From an uncultured Solirubrobacteraceae bacterium (GTDB taxonomy: Bacteria; Actinomycetota; Thermoleophilia; Solirubrobacterales; Solirubrobacteraceae), in the NCBI GenBank assembly GCA_963830725.1, contig CAWHNO010000016.1, forward strand, positions 888,249-952,248: a stretch of 64,000 nt of DNA, written 5' to 3'. Numbering within the stretch: the stretch's first letter is position 1; every line of letters begins with the position of its first letter. Positions 18,777 to 31,010 of this stretch are shown in pieces. Position numbers and translations under genes: made by a program. The notes under the pieces were generated by a model, which did not search any database, was not told the origin of the DNA, and saw nothing but the letters and a program-made list of their open reading frames with translations.

Positions 18777-19258
18777 TGTTCCAGCGGTTCACCGACGACG
18801 CGCGGGCGGTCGTGGCCGCCGCCGAGGCCGAGGCCCGCGAGCTCGGCAGCCCGACGGTCGAGGCCGAGCACCTGCTGCTCGCCCTCACACGTCAGGAGCA
18901 CCCGACCGCGGCGGCCGCCGCCCTGGCCGAGGTCGGGCTCGACCACGACCGTATGAGCGACGCGCTGGCCGCCGAGCGGGAGCGGAGCCTGATGGCCGTC
19001 GGCATCTCGATCGGCGACTTCGACCTCCCCGCACCGAGGCCGGCGGCCAGGCCGCGCCTCTCGGCCACTGCGAAGAGCGCGCTCGAGCACGCGCTGAGGA
19101 TCTCGCTGGTGCGCGCCGACAAGCGCATCGAGTCGGGGCACATCCTGCTCGCCCTCCTGCGCGCCGAGGCCGGGACCGTTCCGCGCGCGCTGCGCGAGGC
19201 GGGCGTCGACCGGACCGAGCTAAACGACCGGACGGCCGCTGCGCTCGCGCGGCGCTAG
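18776..19258 (+). CDS. Clp N-terminal (Clp_N repeat) domain protein without an ATPase module
   Basis: Two Clp_N repeats: FTDDARAVVAAAEAEARELGSPTVEAEHLLLAL and LSATAKSALEHALRISLVRADKRIESGHILLALL. 160 aa. Confidence 0.8.
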   Translation: MFQRFTDDARAVVAAAEAEARELGSPTVEAEHLLLALTRQEHPTAAAAALAEVGLDHDRMSDALAAERERSLMAVGISIGDFDLPAPRPAARPRLSATAKSALEHALRISLVRADKRIESGHILLALLRAEAGTVPRALREAGVDRTELNDRTAAALARR

Positions 19259-19397
19259 TGGGCGCTCGAACGTGCACTGCGAAAGACGGCCGCCGGCGCC
19301 GCCGCGAGGACGCACCGCAGGAATCCCTCTGGATTTCAAGTGGTCGAGGACGAACGTGGCGGGATCGGCGGTCGCCGACGGGTGGAACGTTCGCCCA

Positions 19398-19799
19398 CTA
19401 GGCTGGGCTGACTTCGCGCGGTTCAGTCGCATCGGCCTCGATCTCCACCCGCCAGCGCGGATCGAGGAACCCGGAGACGACGATGAACGCGCTCGCGGGC
19501 CGCACCGACCCGAACACGCGGCCGTGCACCGCGCCGACCGCCGGGCCGTCCGCAGCGTCGACGAGATAGACCCGCGTGCGGACCACGTCGGCCAGCGACG
19601 CCCCCGCCTCATCAAGCGCCGCCCCGATGATCTCCAGGCAGCGCTCGGCCTGCCGCGTCACGTCTCGATCGACCTCGCCGTCGGGCTGGATCGCCGCCGT
19701 CGCCGACACCCAGACGCGATCGCCGACCCGCACGGCACGGCTGAAGCCGATGTCGCGCTCGTACGTCGAGCCGGACGAGACGAGCCGCCTCAGCGTCAT
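19398..19799 (-). CDS. ridA: RidA/YjgF-family reactive-intermediate deaminase
   Basis: 133 aa; YERDIGFSRAVRVGDRVWVSATAAI...VRTRVYL... has the YjgF/UK114 pattern. Its ATG overlaps the mraY stop (ATGA). Confidence 0.85.
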   Translation of the reverse strand: MTLRRLVSSGSTYERDIGFSRAVRVGDRVWVSATAAIQPDGEVDRDVTRQAERCLEIIGAALDEAGASLADVVRTRVYLVDAADGPAVGAVHGRVFGSVRPASAFIVVSGFLDPRWRVEIEADATEPREVSPA

Positions 19800-20753
19800 C
19801 CCACCGACTGCTGGTAGAGCGTGAACCCGATCGCCGCGCAGACCGAGGCGACGATCCAGAAGCGCAGGATGATCTTCGTCTCCGACCAGGCCTGCAGCTC
19901 GAAGTGGTGGTGGATCGGCGCCATCAGGAACACGCGCTTGCGGAACGTCTGGAAGGAGAACACCTGGATCAGCACCGAGAGCGCTTCGATCACGAAGATC
20001 CCGCCGAGGATGATCAGCAGCACCTCGGTCTTGGTCATCACCGCCATCGCCGCGATCGCGCCCCCCAGCCCCAGCGATCCCGTGTCGCCCATGAAGATCG
20101 AGGCCGGGAACGAGTTGAACCAGAGGAAGCCGACGCACGCCCCCACCAGGCAGCCGGCCACCAGCGCGAGGTCCTCCTGGCGCGTCGTGAAGGTGATCGC
20201 GATGTAGGCCAGCAGCACGATCGCCGCGCAGCCGGCGGCGAGCCCGTCGAGCCCGTCGGTCAGGTTGACCGCGGACGTCGTCCCCGCCACGACGAAGTAG
20301 ATCAGCACCGGGTACAGGTAGCCGAGGTCGATCTGGGCGTCGACGATCCGCAGGTTCAGCGTGTCCCCGAGCTCGGCGCCCTCCGAGGCCGCGATCCAGA
20401 GCCCGATCGCGATCAGCATGGTCACGACGAGCTTGGTGCGGCCGCGCAGCCCGAGCGAGCGCCGCTTGACGAGCTTCGTGTAGTCGTCGGCGAAGCCCAG
20501 CAGCGCGCACGCCACGGCCACGCCGAACACCGCCAGCGAGCGGGGATCGCGGTTGGTCAGGAGCAGGAACGGGACCGCGATCGCGGTGAAGATGATGATC
20601 CCGCCCATCGTCGGCGTGCCCGCCTTGGCGTGGTGCTCCTGCGGGCCCTCCTCGCGGATCTGCTGGCCGAACTCGCGCTCGCGCAGGAACTCGATGAACT
20701 TCGGCGAGAGGAAGACGCAGATCAGCAGCGACGCCGTCCCGGCGATCAGCACC

Positions 20754-20761
<8 letters not shown>
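19796..20761 (-). CDS. mraY: Phospho-N-acetylmuramoyl-pentapeptide transferase
   Basis: HHAKAGTPTMGG, NLTDGLDGLAAG, MGDTGSLGLGG, APIHHHFE. Confidence 0.95.
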
Positions 20762-22050
<1,289 letters not shown>

Positions 22051-22054
<4 letters not shown>

Positions 22055-23450
22055 GAGCGCAGCGCCTCCCGCGCCACCGCGACGTCGTCGAACGGCTCCT
22101 TGCGCCCGCCCGCGAACTCCTGCCCCTGCTCGTGGCCCTTGCCCGCGATGACCACGACGTCGCCGGGCTGCGCCATCGCGACCGCGCGGTGGATCGAGCG
22201 CCGCCGGTCGACGTCGTGCTCGACCTCGCGACCCGCCCCGGCCACGATCTCGGCGATGATCGCCTCGGGATCCTCGGAGCGCGGGTTGTCGGAGGTGACG
22301 AGGGCGACGTCGGCCAGCCGCGCCCCGATCTCCCCCATCAGCGGCCGCTTGCCGCGATCGCGATCGCCGCCCGCGCCGAAGACGGCGATGACGCGCCCGG
22401 AAGCCAGCTCGCGCGCCGCGCGCAGGACGTTCTCGAGCGAGTCCGGCGTGTGCGCGTAGTCGACGAGCACGGCGAACGGCTGGCCCTCCGCGACCGGCTC
22501 GAACCGCCCCGGCACACGCGCCGCCTCCGGCAGCGCGGCAGGCTCGCGCGCCGAGCGCGCGCGCCGCGATCCAGGCCCCGAGCGCGTTGGCGACGTTGAA
22601 GCGCCCGGGCAGCGGCACGTGCACGTCGAACGCGCCGTCGGGCGTCTCGAACGTGCAGTCGCTGCCCGCGAAGCCGGTCCGCAGGCCGGTCGCGCGGTAG
22701 TCGGCCGGCGCGTCGATCGCGAACGTGACCGTGCCCGGGAACTCCCGCGCCAGCCGCCGGCCGTACGGGTCGTCGACGTTCGCCACGCGCATGCCCACGA
22801 GCTCCGATGCGAACAGCCGCCGCTTGGCGGCGAAGTAGTCCTCCATCGTCGGGTGGAAGTCGAGGTGGTCCTGGGTCAGGTTGGTGAACAGCGCGACCGC
22901 GACGTGGATGCCGTCGGCCCGGCGCAGCTCGAGCGCGTGCGAGGAGATCTCCATCGCGCACGCCGCGTCGCCGCCGTCGAGCATCTCGCGGAACGTGCGC
23001 TGGAGGTCGATCGCCTCCGGCGTGGTGCGCACGGTCGGGCGCTCCTCGCCCGCGACGACCGACGTGACGGTGCCGAGCAGGCCGCAGCGCAGCCCGGCGG
23101 CCTCGAGCAGCGAGCGCACGAGGAACGCGGTCGTGGTCTTGCCGTTCGTGCCGGTGATCCCGACGACCCTCAGCTGCGCCGTCGGGTCGCCGTAGAAGCG
23201 CGCCGCCGCGGTCGCCATCGCCGCCCGCACGTCCTCGACCAGCACCTCGGGCACGCCGAGCGCCGAGCGGGCGCGCGACGACCAGCGCGGCGGCGCCGCG
23301 CGCCACCGCGTCGGGGGCGAAGTCGTGGCCGTCGCGCGTGAAGCCGGGCACGCAGAAGAACAGCGTGCCGGGCTCCACCGCGCGGTTGTCGTAGGCCAGG
23401 CCGCCGACCTCGACCGCCGGCCCGTCGCCGAGCAGCTCTCGGACGGTCAT
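22051..23450 (-). pseudogene. murE: UDP-N-acetylmuramoyl-L-alanyl-D-glutamate--2,6-diaminopimelate ligase, broken by at least 2 frame shifts
   Basis: N-terminus MTVRELLGD...FFCVPGFTRDGHDF; middle VVGITGTNGKTTTAFL...DHLDFH; C-terminus VDYAHTPDSLENVL...VFGAGGDRDRGKRP...DNPRSEDP. These lie in three frames, with shifts near 23265 and 22540. Confidence 0.9.
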
Positions 23451-23496
23451 GCGCCCGGGCAGTCTACGAGCGCCTGCGGCGCCTACCATCGGCGGC

Positions 23497-24252
23497 GTGC
23501 CGGTCGCCGAGGAAGACGGAGCGCGGCGGATCCTGCTCGACGCGGACGGGGCGCGCCGTCGCCCGCTTCGAGCACGCCGAGCGCGACGGCGGCGTCTACG
23601 CCGACGTGTTCGTGCGCGAGCCGGGGGTCTCGGCCGACCGCGCCGCCGCCGCGGTGCTCGCCGACCTGCGCGGGCTGCGGATCGCCGGCGACGAGGAGCT
23701 CGGGCGCGTGCTGATCGCGGCCGGAGGGCGCCTGCTGCGCCACGCGCCACGTCCTGTCGCGCGACCTGAGGCGCGACCCGGCGGCCGGCTGGAGCGACCC
23801 GCCCGGCTACCGGCTGACCACGATCGACCGGCCCGCCGGCGAGCTCCTCGACGCCCAGCTCGCCGCCTACCCGCTGGGTCACGTCGACCATCGGGACGAA
23901 CCGCGCGAGCGCTCCGCTGAGCGACCTCGAGGCGATGCTCGCGGGGCGATACGGCCCGCTGCTGCGAGGGCAGCGGCGTCGCGATCGCGCCCGACGGAAC
24001 GGTGGCGGCGCGGTCCTGCTCGGCAGGGTCCCGGGCGAGCCGCCGCTCGGTGGCCCATGGGTGCTCGAGCTGTTCCGGCACCCCGCGCACCGCGGGACCG
24101 GCCGGCCGCTGCTCGAGCGCGCGCTGGCGCTCGCGACCCGCGCCGGGCTGCCGAGGATCGGGCTCGCGGTCAGCGAGGGCAACCCCGCGCGCGGGCTCTA
24201 CGAGGCGCTCGCCTTCGCGCACGTGACGACGTTCCTCGTGGTCCAGATCTAA
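23497..24252 (+). pseudogene. GNAT-family N-acetyltransferase, multiply frameshifted
   Basis: C-terminal frame PWVLELFRHPAHRGTGRPLLERALALATRAGLPRIGLAVSEGNPARGLYEALAF carries acetyl-CoA motif A (RxxGxG). The N-terminal pieces (VARFEHAERDGGVYADVFV..., YRLTTIDRPAGELLDAQ) are in other frames. Confidence 0.55.
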
Positions 24253-25791
24253 AGGGCGAGCGCGCGCTCGACGATCGCGTCCCCGTCGACGCCGGCGGGC
24301 AGCGTCCCGAAGACGCGGCCGCGCGCCTCGCCGAGCCGGCCGGCGCAGAACGCGTCGGCCACGTCCGGCGGCGCGTGCCGCACGAGCAGCGAGGCCTGGA
24401 AGGCCAGCGCCAGGTCCTCGACCCCGCGGCGCGCGGACCACTCGTCGCCCGGCGGCTGGGAGCGCGTCGAGGTGGGCGTCGAGCCGCCGGTCGCCGCCGC
24501 GGGCCAGCTCGCACTCGGCCAGGAACGCCGGCAGGCCCTCCGGCTCGCGCGCCAGGGCGCGCAGGACGTCGAGCGACATCACGTTGCCCGAGCCCTCCCA
24601 GATGCCGTTCAGCGGCGCGTCGCGCAGCAGCCGCGGCATCGGCGACTCCTCGACGTAGCCGTTGCCGCCCAGGCACTCGAGCGCCTCGGCCGCGTGCGGC
24701 GTGGCGCGCTTGCAGACCCAGTACTTGAGCACCGCGGTGGCGAAGCGGCGCAGCGCGTCGTCCTGCTCGTCGTAGGCGCGCGCGAGCCGCAGCGCGGTCG
24801 CGGTCGCGGCCTCGGACTCGATCGCCAGGTCGGCGAGCACGTTGACCATCGCGGGCTGCTCGGCCAGCCGGCGGCCGAACGCGCTGCGGTGGCGCGCGTG
24901 CCAGACCGCCTCGGCGACGCCGCGGCGCATGCCGGCGGCGCTCCCGATCACGCAGTCCAGCCGCGTGTGGGTGACCATCTCGATGATCGTCGCCACGCCG
25001 CGGCCCTCCTCGCCCAGCAGGCGGGCGGCGGCGCCGCGGAACTCGACCTCGCTGGACGGCAGCGAGCGCGTGCCGAGCTTGTCCTTGAGGCGCTGGAACT
25101 CCATCCCCGGCCCGCGCTCGAGCACGAAGCAGGACAGGCCGGCGGGGGCCTGGGCGAGCACGAGGAAGACGTCGCAGGGCGGATAGGAGCAGAACCACTT
25201 GTGGCCGGTGAGCTCCCACCAGCCGTCGCCCGCCGGCTCCGCCCGCGTGGTGTTGGCGCGCACGTCCGAGCCGCCCTGCTTCTCGGTCATCGCCATCCCG
25301 CACAGCGCGCCGCGCTCGTAGTCCGGCAGCGTCAGCCGCGGCTCCCACTCGGCGGCGAGCCGCGGGTCGGTGCGCAGCGCGGGCACGGCCGAGTAGGTCA
25401 TCGAGACCGGGCACATCACGCCGGCGTTGGCGTGCGTCCACAGCAGCTCGAGCGCGGCGCGCGCCGCGTGCGCGCCGGGCCGCGGATCGCGCCACGGCAG
25501 CGCGTGGATCTCGCGCTCGACGGCGCCGCGCAGCAGCCAGTGCCAGCTCGGGTCGAGGTCGACGCGGTCGAGCCGGTGGCCGAAGCGGTCGTGCGTGAGC
25601 AGCCGCGGCTCGTTGCGCTCGGCGCGCCGGCCGTGCTCCTGCGCCTCGGCCGAGCCCGCGACCGCGCCCGTGTCGCGCGCGCGGTCGAGCGCCCAGCCGG
25701 CGCCCTCGCGCTCGAGCGCCTCGCGCAGCGCAAGGTCGCTCTCGAACAGGTTGACGTCCTCGAACGGCGACGGACTGGTTGAGGACGTCAT
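24249..25791 (-). pseudogene. AidB-like acyl-CoA dehydrogenase with one frame shift near 24470
   Basis: MTEKQGGSDVRANTT, HKWFCS and GNGYVEESPMPRLLRDAPLNGIWEGSGNV are typical of the AidB/ACAD family. The C-terminal 70 aa (ALQASLLVRHAPPDVADAF...VERALAL*) are in another frame. Confidence 0.85.
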
Positions 25792-26405
25792 GCGTCAGCG
25801 TGCTCATGCGCGGTACCCACGGATCGGAGGACGAAGGTCTGGAGGCCGGCGACGAGCGCGTCGGCGCCCGTCTGGCGGCGCTGGAGCGGCCCCACGAGCG
25901 CCTCGGCGAGGGCGCCCACGATCGCGGCGGCGGTCAGCCGCGCGTCGAGCGGCGGCAGCTCGCCGCGCTGGACGCCGTCGTGCAGCGCGCGCTCGAACAG
26001 GTCGGCGTAGACGCGCCGGAACACCAGCCGCTCGGCCTCCACCGCGGGGTCGACCGGCTCGGCGATCAGCGCGTAGGCGCGCACCGGCTCGGCCAGCGCG
26101 CGGCGCACGAACGCCTCGACCCACGCGGCCAGGCGCTGCGAGACCGGCTCGTCGCGGTCGGTCATGGCCCGCAGCACGTCGACCTCGCGCTGCGACGCGC
26201 GGCGGAAGACCTCGGCGAACAGGTCGCCCTTGGACGGGAAGTGGCGGTAGACCGTGCCGGTGGCGACGCCGGCGCGGCGAGCGACCGAGGCCACGGAGGC
26301 CGAGGCGTAGCCGCCCTCGGCGAGCTGGTCGAGCGCGGCGTCGACGATCCGCTCGCGCGCAGCGGCCAAGCGCGCCCGGGTGCGCTCTGTCGGGCGATAG
26401 GGCAT
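25788..26405 (-). CDS. TetR/AcrR-family transcriptional regulator
   Basis: RERIVDAALDQLAEGGYASASVASVARRAGVATGTVYRHFPSKGDLF. ATGA overlap with the ACAD gene. Confidence 0.9.
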   Translation of the reverse strand: MPYRPTERTRARLAAARERIVDAALDQLAEGGYASASVASVARRAGVATGTVYRHFPSKGDLFAEVFRRASQREVDVLRAMTDRDEPVSQRLAAWVEAFVRRALAEPVRAYALIAEPVDPAVEAERLVFRRVYADLFERALHDGVQRGELPPLDARLTAAAIVGALAEALVGPLQRRQTGADALVAGLQTFVLRSVGTAHEHADA

Positions 26406-26455
26406 CCGCCTAGAATTGAATCACGATTCAGAAGTTCGCGCTAGTGTCGCGGACA

Positions 26456-27163
26456 CTAGAGCGCCGCGCGAATGCGCCGCTCGAGCTCCGGCGCGCAGTC
26501 CGGCCCGCCCGACTCGAGGTCGGCGAGCTGCTCCTCGGCGAGCTCGCGGATCGTGATCTCGCGCCGGTCCTCGTCGGCGCTGTGGGCGTCGTGGTAGGTG
26601 TAGGTCACGAGGTCGTAGGGTCGCCGGCCCAACTCGCGGATCAGCACCTCGGTCTGGCGCCGCAGGTCGCGCTCGACGTCCGGCTCCGTCAGCGCCTCCG
26701 GGCAGAGGTTGCCGAGGCTGAGCTCGATCGGCAGCGCGCGCTCGAGCGCGGCGGGCACGTGCTCGCCGCGCCGCACGGTTTCCACCGCGGCCCAGGCCGC
26801 GGGCAGCGCAGCGACGGCGAACAGGCCGAAGGCGAGCGGGGGCCCGAAGCGGTTGAGCGCCAGGCCCAGCGCCGTGAAGCCGACCAGCACCGGCGCGCCG
26901 AGGAACAACGCGAGCCAGGCGAGCCCCTCGCCGCCGCCCAGCAGGAACGCGACGACCGACAGCGCGACGGGCAGGGCCAGCACCCACGCTCGCCCGACGG
27001 CGGCACCGAGGCCGACATGGGCGAGGGCCAGGATCACCAGCAGCGCCCAGGAGTCGTCGCGGCCGGCGGTCAGCGGGTCGTACAGGGGCGTGACGAACGA
27101 CACGGCGAGCGCCGCGTAGAGCGCCAGGACCGACCCCCGCCGTGCGGACACTAGTGGGTCCAT
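26456..27163 (-). CDS. Hypothetical membrane protein (about 5 TM plus an acidic C-terminal domain)
   Basis: 235 aa, with hydrophobic segments over residues 10-130, coding-like composition and no family motif. Confidence 0.6.
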   Translation of the reverse strand: MDPLVSARRGSVLALYAALAVSFVTPLYDPLTAGRDDSWALLVILALAHVGLGAAVGRAWVLALPVALSVVAFLLGGGEGLAWLALFLGAPVLVGFTALGLALNRFGPPLAFGLFAVAALPAAWAAVETVRRGEHVPAALERALPIELSLGNLCPEALTEPDVERDLRRQTEVLIRELGRRPYDLVTYTYHDAHSADEDRREITIRELAEEQLADLESGGPDCAPELERRIRAAL

Positions 27164-27179
27164 CTCGCGTCGCCGCAGT

Positions 27180-28840
27180 CTAGGGCGCGATCCTCAGGTA
27201 GTTGAGCGCGAAGCTCGTGATCTCGCGCAAGGCGGGCGCGGCGACCGTGCCGCCGTAGATGTCGCCCTGCGGCTCGTCGACCATCACGGCGACGAGCAGC
27301 TTCGGCCGCTTGGCCGGGGCGAAGCCGACGAACGAGGCGACGAACTTCGTCTCCGAGTAGCCGCCGAACTCGTCCGGCTTCTCGGCCGTGCCGGTCTTGC
27401 CGGCCAGCACGTAGCCGTCGATGTCGGCGCCGGAGGCGGTGCCGCCCGGGCCGAGCACGCCCTCGAGCATCGCGCGCACCGACGCGGCCGTCGCCTCGGA
27501 GAGCACCCGCTCGCCCTGCGGCTTGCGGGCCGCGCGCGCGCCGACGCGCTCGACGATGTGCGGCGGCCGCAGGATGCCGCCGTTGGCGATCGCGGCGTAG
27601 CCGGCGGCCATCTGCATCGGCGTGACCGCGATGCCCTGGCCGATCGGCAGGTTGCCCATCGACGAGCCCGAGTAGTCCTCGAGCGGAGCACGATCCCGCG
27701 CTCCTCGCCGGGCAGGTCGACGCCGGTCGGCTTGCCGAAGCCGAAGCGGCGGATCCACTCGTCGAAGCGCTCGGCGCCGAGCCGCTGGCCGATCATGACC
27801 GCGCCGATGTTCGAGGACTGCTCGAGGATCTGGCGCGTGGTCAGCGGTCCGGTAGCCGGCCGCGTGCGCCTCGCCGATCTCGCGGTCGGCGACGACGATC
27901 GTCGGCGGCAGGTTGAAGCTCGTGCTCCGGCGTGACCTTGCCCTCCTCGAGCGCGGCGGCGACGGTGAACGCCTTGAACGTCGAGCCGGGCTCGTAGGTG
28001 GCGCCGATCGCGCGGTTCTGGCGCGCGTAGTCGGGCGCGTCGCCGGGCGCGTTGGCGTTCACGCGCGGCCAGTTGGCGAGCGCGAGGATCGCGCCGTCGC
28101 GCGGGTCCATGACGATCGCGGTCGCGCCCTTCGGCTGCCACTCCTCGCCGACCTGCGCCAGCACCTCCTCGGCGCGGTCCTGGATGTTGGCGTCGAGCGT
28201 GAGGCGGACGTCGCGCGCCCGGCACCGTCTTGCGCGTGTCGCGCAGCTCGATCGCGTCGCCGATCGCGTCCTTGACCAGCCGGCGCTCGCCGTCGCGTGC
28301 CGCGCAGGAGCTCGTCGAGCGAGTACTCGAGCCCCGCCAGGCCGTCGCCGTCGGTGCCGGTGACGCCGAGCAGCTGCGACGGCCATCCAGTCGCGCGGGT
28401 AGGTGCGCTCGAACTCGGGATGAACTCGAGCCCGTCGATCTCCATCCGCTGCACGCGGTCGCGCGCGGCCGGCCGGGACGCGGCGCGCGAGGTAGACGAA
28501 GCCGGTGTCGCGGCGGGCGAGCTGGCGCAGCAGCTCGTCCTCGCGGCTGCGCAGGACGGCGCGAGCCGTGCGGCCTTGCGCGGCGCGTCCTTGATCAGGT
28601 ACGGCGTGGCGGCGATCGTCACCGCCGGCTGCGGAGACGGCGAGCTCGGTGCCGTCGCGGTCGGTGATCGTGCCGCGCCGCGCGGGGACGGTGATGTCGG
28701 CCTCCTGCTGGGTCACGGCGGCGTGCTTGAGCGTCCCGGCCTTGACGACGCCGAGCCAGGCGGCGCGGCTCGCGCCGACGAGCGAGGAGCGCGAGGAAGA
28801 CGGCGAAGAGGAGGCCGATGCGGCGCTCGATCAGCCGCAC
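27180..28840 (-). pseudogene. ftsI: Class B penicillin-binding protein FtsI/PBP3, broken by many (at least 8) frame shifts
   Basis: Transpeptidase motifs STFK (YEPGSTFKAF), SSN (EQSSNIGA) and KTG (AGKTGTAE), plus an N-terminal TM ([18 protein letters not shown]), are all present but scattered over three alternating frames. Confidence 0.85.
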
Positions 28841-29486
28841 CCCGCTACCCCTGGGGCGCGGTCGCGGCGGTCGCTCGGGTCGACCGGGGCCGCCGTGGTC
28901 ACCGCCGCCGGGTCGACCGGAGCGGCCGCCGGGTCGACCGGCGCCACGCGGCGCAGCCAGGACGCCGGGCTCGAGGCCGCCGTTGGCCATGATCGCCGCC
29001 GCCTCCTCGCTCGGCGGCTGCATGCGGCCGGCCGCGCGCCTCGCGTCGCGCTCGGGGCGCGAGCGCAGGAACGCGACCGCGCCCGCGGGCGGGCATGACC
29101 ATGCCCTCCTCCTCCGCGGTCGGCGCGGACGCGGTCGCCGGACGACAGGCGGGCGATCTCGGCCTCGAGGTCGGCGTTCTGGCGCTCGAGCGTGCCTGCG
29201 TCGTCGACCGCGCGCGAGATGCCGGCGTTGAGCTTGAGCAGCGAGACCTGCATGGCGACGATCCCGCCGAGCAGGATGCCGATCAGCCAGATCCACGCGC
29301 GGCTGCGCAGCAGCCGGTCGACGACCGGTGGTCCGGCATGCGCGCGGAGCGCTCGAAGGCGCCGGTCGCCGCGCCGCGAGCGGGCCGGCGGGGGCGGCGG
29401 CGGGGGCGGGCCGCGACGGGCCGGAGACGCGGCGGGCGGCGGGGCGGCGCGCCGGCGCGGCGGGTGCGCGCGTGCGTGGCCGGCAT
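28831..29486 (-). pseudogene. ftsL: FtsL-like division protein (Arg-rich N-terminus, one TM, coiled coil, Pro/Ala repeat tail), frameshifted
   Basis: [54 protein letters not shown] sits at the canonical position between rsmH and ftsI. The pieces lie in at least 3 frames. Confidence 0.6.
28877..28941 (-). repeat. In-frame tandem repeat (21-nt unit, peptide APVDPAA) in the FtsL-like tail
   Basis: GGGTCGACCGG recurs at 28877, 28910 and 28931. The last two copies form a perfect 21-nt tandem. Confidence 0.5.
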
Positions 29487-30430
29487 CTAGCGCTCCTCCC
29501 TGAGCTTGCGGGCGGCCCGCAGGCGAGCCGACTTCGAGCGCGGGTTGGCCGCGACCTCGCCCGGCGTGGGCACGACCGAGCGGCGGAGCACGAGCTCGGC
29601 CTCCGGCGTGCTGCCGCACGACGCAGACGGGCAGGTCGGGCGGGCAGATGCAGCCGCGCGCCTGGTCGGCGAGGAAGCGCTTGACGCGCCGGTCCTCGAG
29701 CGAGTGGAAGGAGATCGCGGCGAGGCGGCCGCCGACGGCGAGCACGTCCCACGCCAGCGGGAGCGCCGCGTCGAGCTGGGCGAGCTCGCTCGTTGACCGC
29801 GATCCGGATCGCCTGGAACGTGCGCTTGGCCGGGTGGCCGCCGGCGAAGCGCGCCGGCGCGGGGATCGCGGCGGTGATCGCGTCGACGAGCTCGAAGGTG
29901 GTGTTGAGCGGGCGGCCGCGGCGGCGGACGATCTCGCCCGCGATCCGGTCCGCGAAGCGCTCCTCGCCGTACTCGCGCAGGGTGCGCGCGAGCCGGCGGC
30001 GGTCCCAGGTGTTGACGATCTCGGCCGCGGTCAGCTCCTGCTCCGGGTCCATCCGCATGTCGAGCGGCGCGTCGTAGGCGTAGGAGAAGCCGCGCTCGCG
30101 CGTGTCGACCTGCATCGCTCGACATGCCGAGGTCGAGGTAGACGAGGTCGGCGCGCACGCCCTCCTCGGCGAGCGCTCGCAGGCCGTGCACGAAGTCGGC
30201 GCGGATGAAGCGCGTGTCGCACGCGACCTCGGCCGCCAGCTCGGCGAACGCCTTCTCGGCGAGCGGGTCGCGGTCGATCGCGATCAGCGTCCCGGCCGGG
30301 CCGAGGCGGTCGGCGACGAGCCGCGCGTGGCCGGCGCCGCCGAGCGTGCAGTCGACCGCGATCTGGCCGGGCCGCGGGTCGAGCGCCTCGATCAGCTCGC
30401 CGGCGAGGACCGGGACGTGTCGCGGGGCAT
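29487..30430 (-). pseudogene. rsmH: 16S rRNA (cytosine1402-N4)-methyltransferase, with at least 3 frame shifts
   Basis: MPRHVPVLAGELIEAL...DCTLGGAGHA...DLGMSS / [11 protein letters not shown]...RIAVN / [14 protein letters not shown] / [15 protein letters not shown] lie in different frames. Confidence 0.9.
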
Positions 30431-30431
30431 G

Positions 30432-30867
30432 TCAAGCAGGATGGCCAAGGGATGCGGTGAGGTCAGGCGCCCGCTGGGTCAGGTCGGTGTCGTAGGCCTG
30501 CCCAGGCCGAGCGGTCCCAGAGCTCGAGGCAGTCGCCGACGCCGGTGATCACGACCTCGCGGTCGATCCCCGCGTGCTCGAGGAAGCGCGGCGTCAGCAT
30601 CACGCGGCCGGCCGAGTCCAGCTCCGTGTCCGTCGCGTTGCCGTAGAACATCCGCTTGAGCTCGCGCGCCTCGGGCGAGAACGGGTTCAGGCGGCGAGAG
30701 CGCCGCCTCGGTGAGCGCCGTGTAGGTCGGCTCCGGATAGAGCGAGATGCAGGGGTCGACGCCGCGCACGAGAAACACCCTCCTGCGAGCGCCGCTCGGA
30801 ACTTGGACGGGACCGTCAGCCGGTTCTTGGCGTCGAGCGTGTGTTCGAAGGTGCCGTGGAAGGCCAA
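30432..30867 (-). pseudogene. mraZ: Division/cell-wall cluster transcriptional regulator MraZ, frameshifted
   Basis: Two MraZ half-domains (FEHTLDAKNRLTVPSKFR and ELDSAGRVMLTPRFLEH). Putative TTG start at 30867. The middle and the C-terminus read in alternate frames. Confidence 0.85.
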
Positions 30868-30964
30868 GGCGCATGTGTCGTGCGGCGAGGAGGTCAGTCG
30901 ATCCGGGGTGGCGGAGTGGGAGGAGCCCCGCCACCCCGGAACGGCTTCGCGCAGTGCAACGTAC

Positions 30965-31010
30965 CCCACTGCGTCCCACTCTGCAACACAAATCCCGTCA
31001 TTCGTCCCAC
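30965..31010 (-). promoter_or_regulatory. Putative MraZ operator: three GTGGG boxes upstream of mraZ
   Basis: Minus strand reads GTGGGacgaa...(26 nt)...GTGGGacgcaGTGGGgtacg. The two proximal boxes are exactly 10 nt apart and lie ~100 nt upstream of the mraZ start. Confidence 0.45.
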
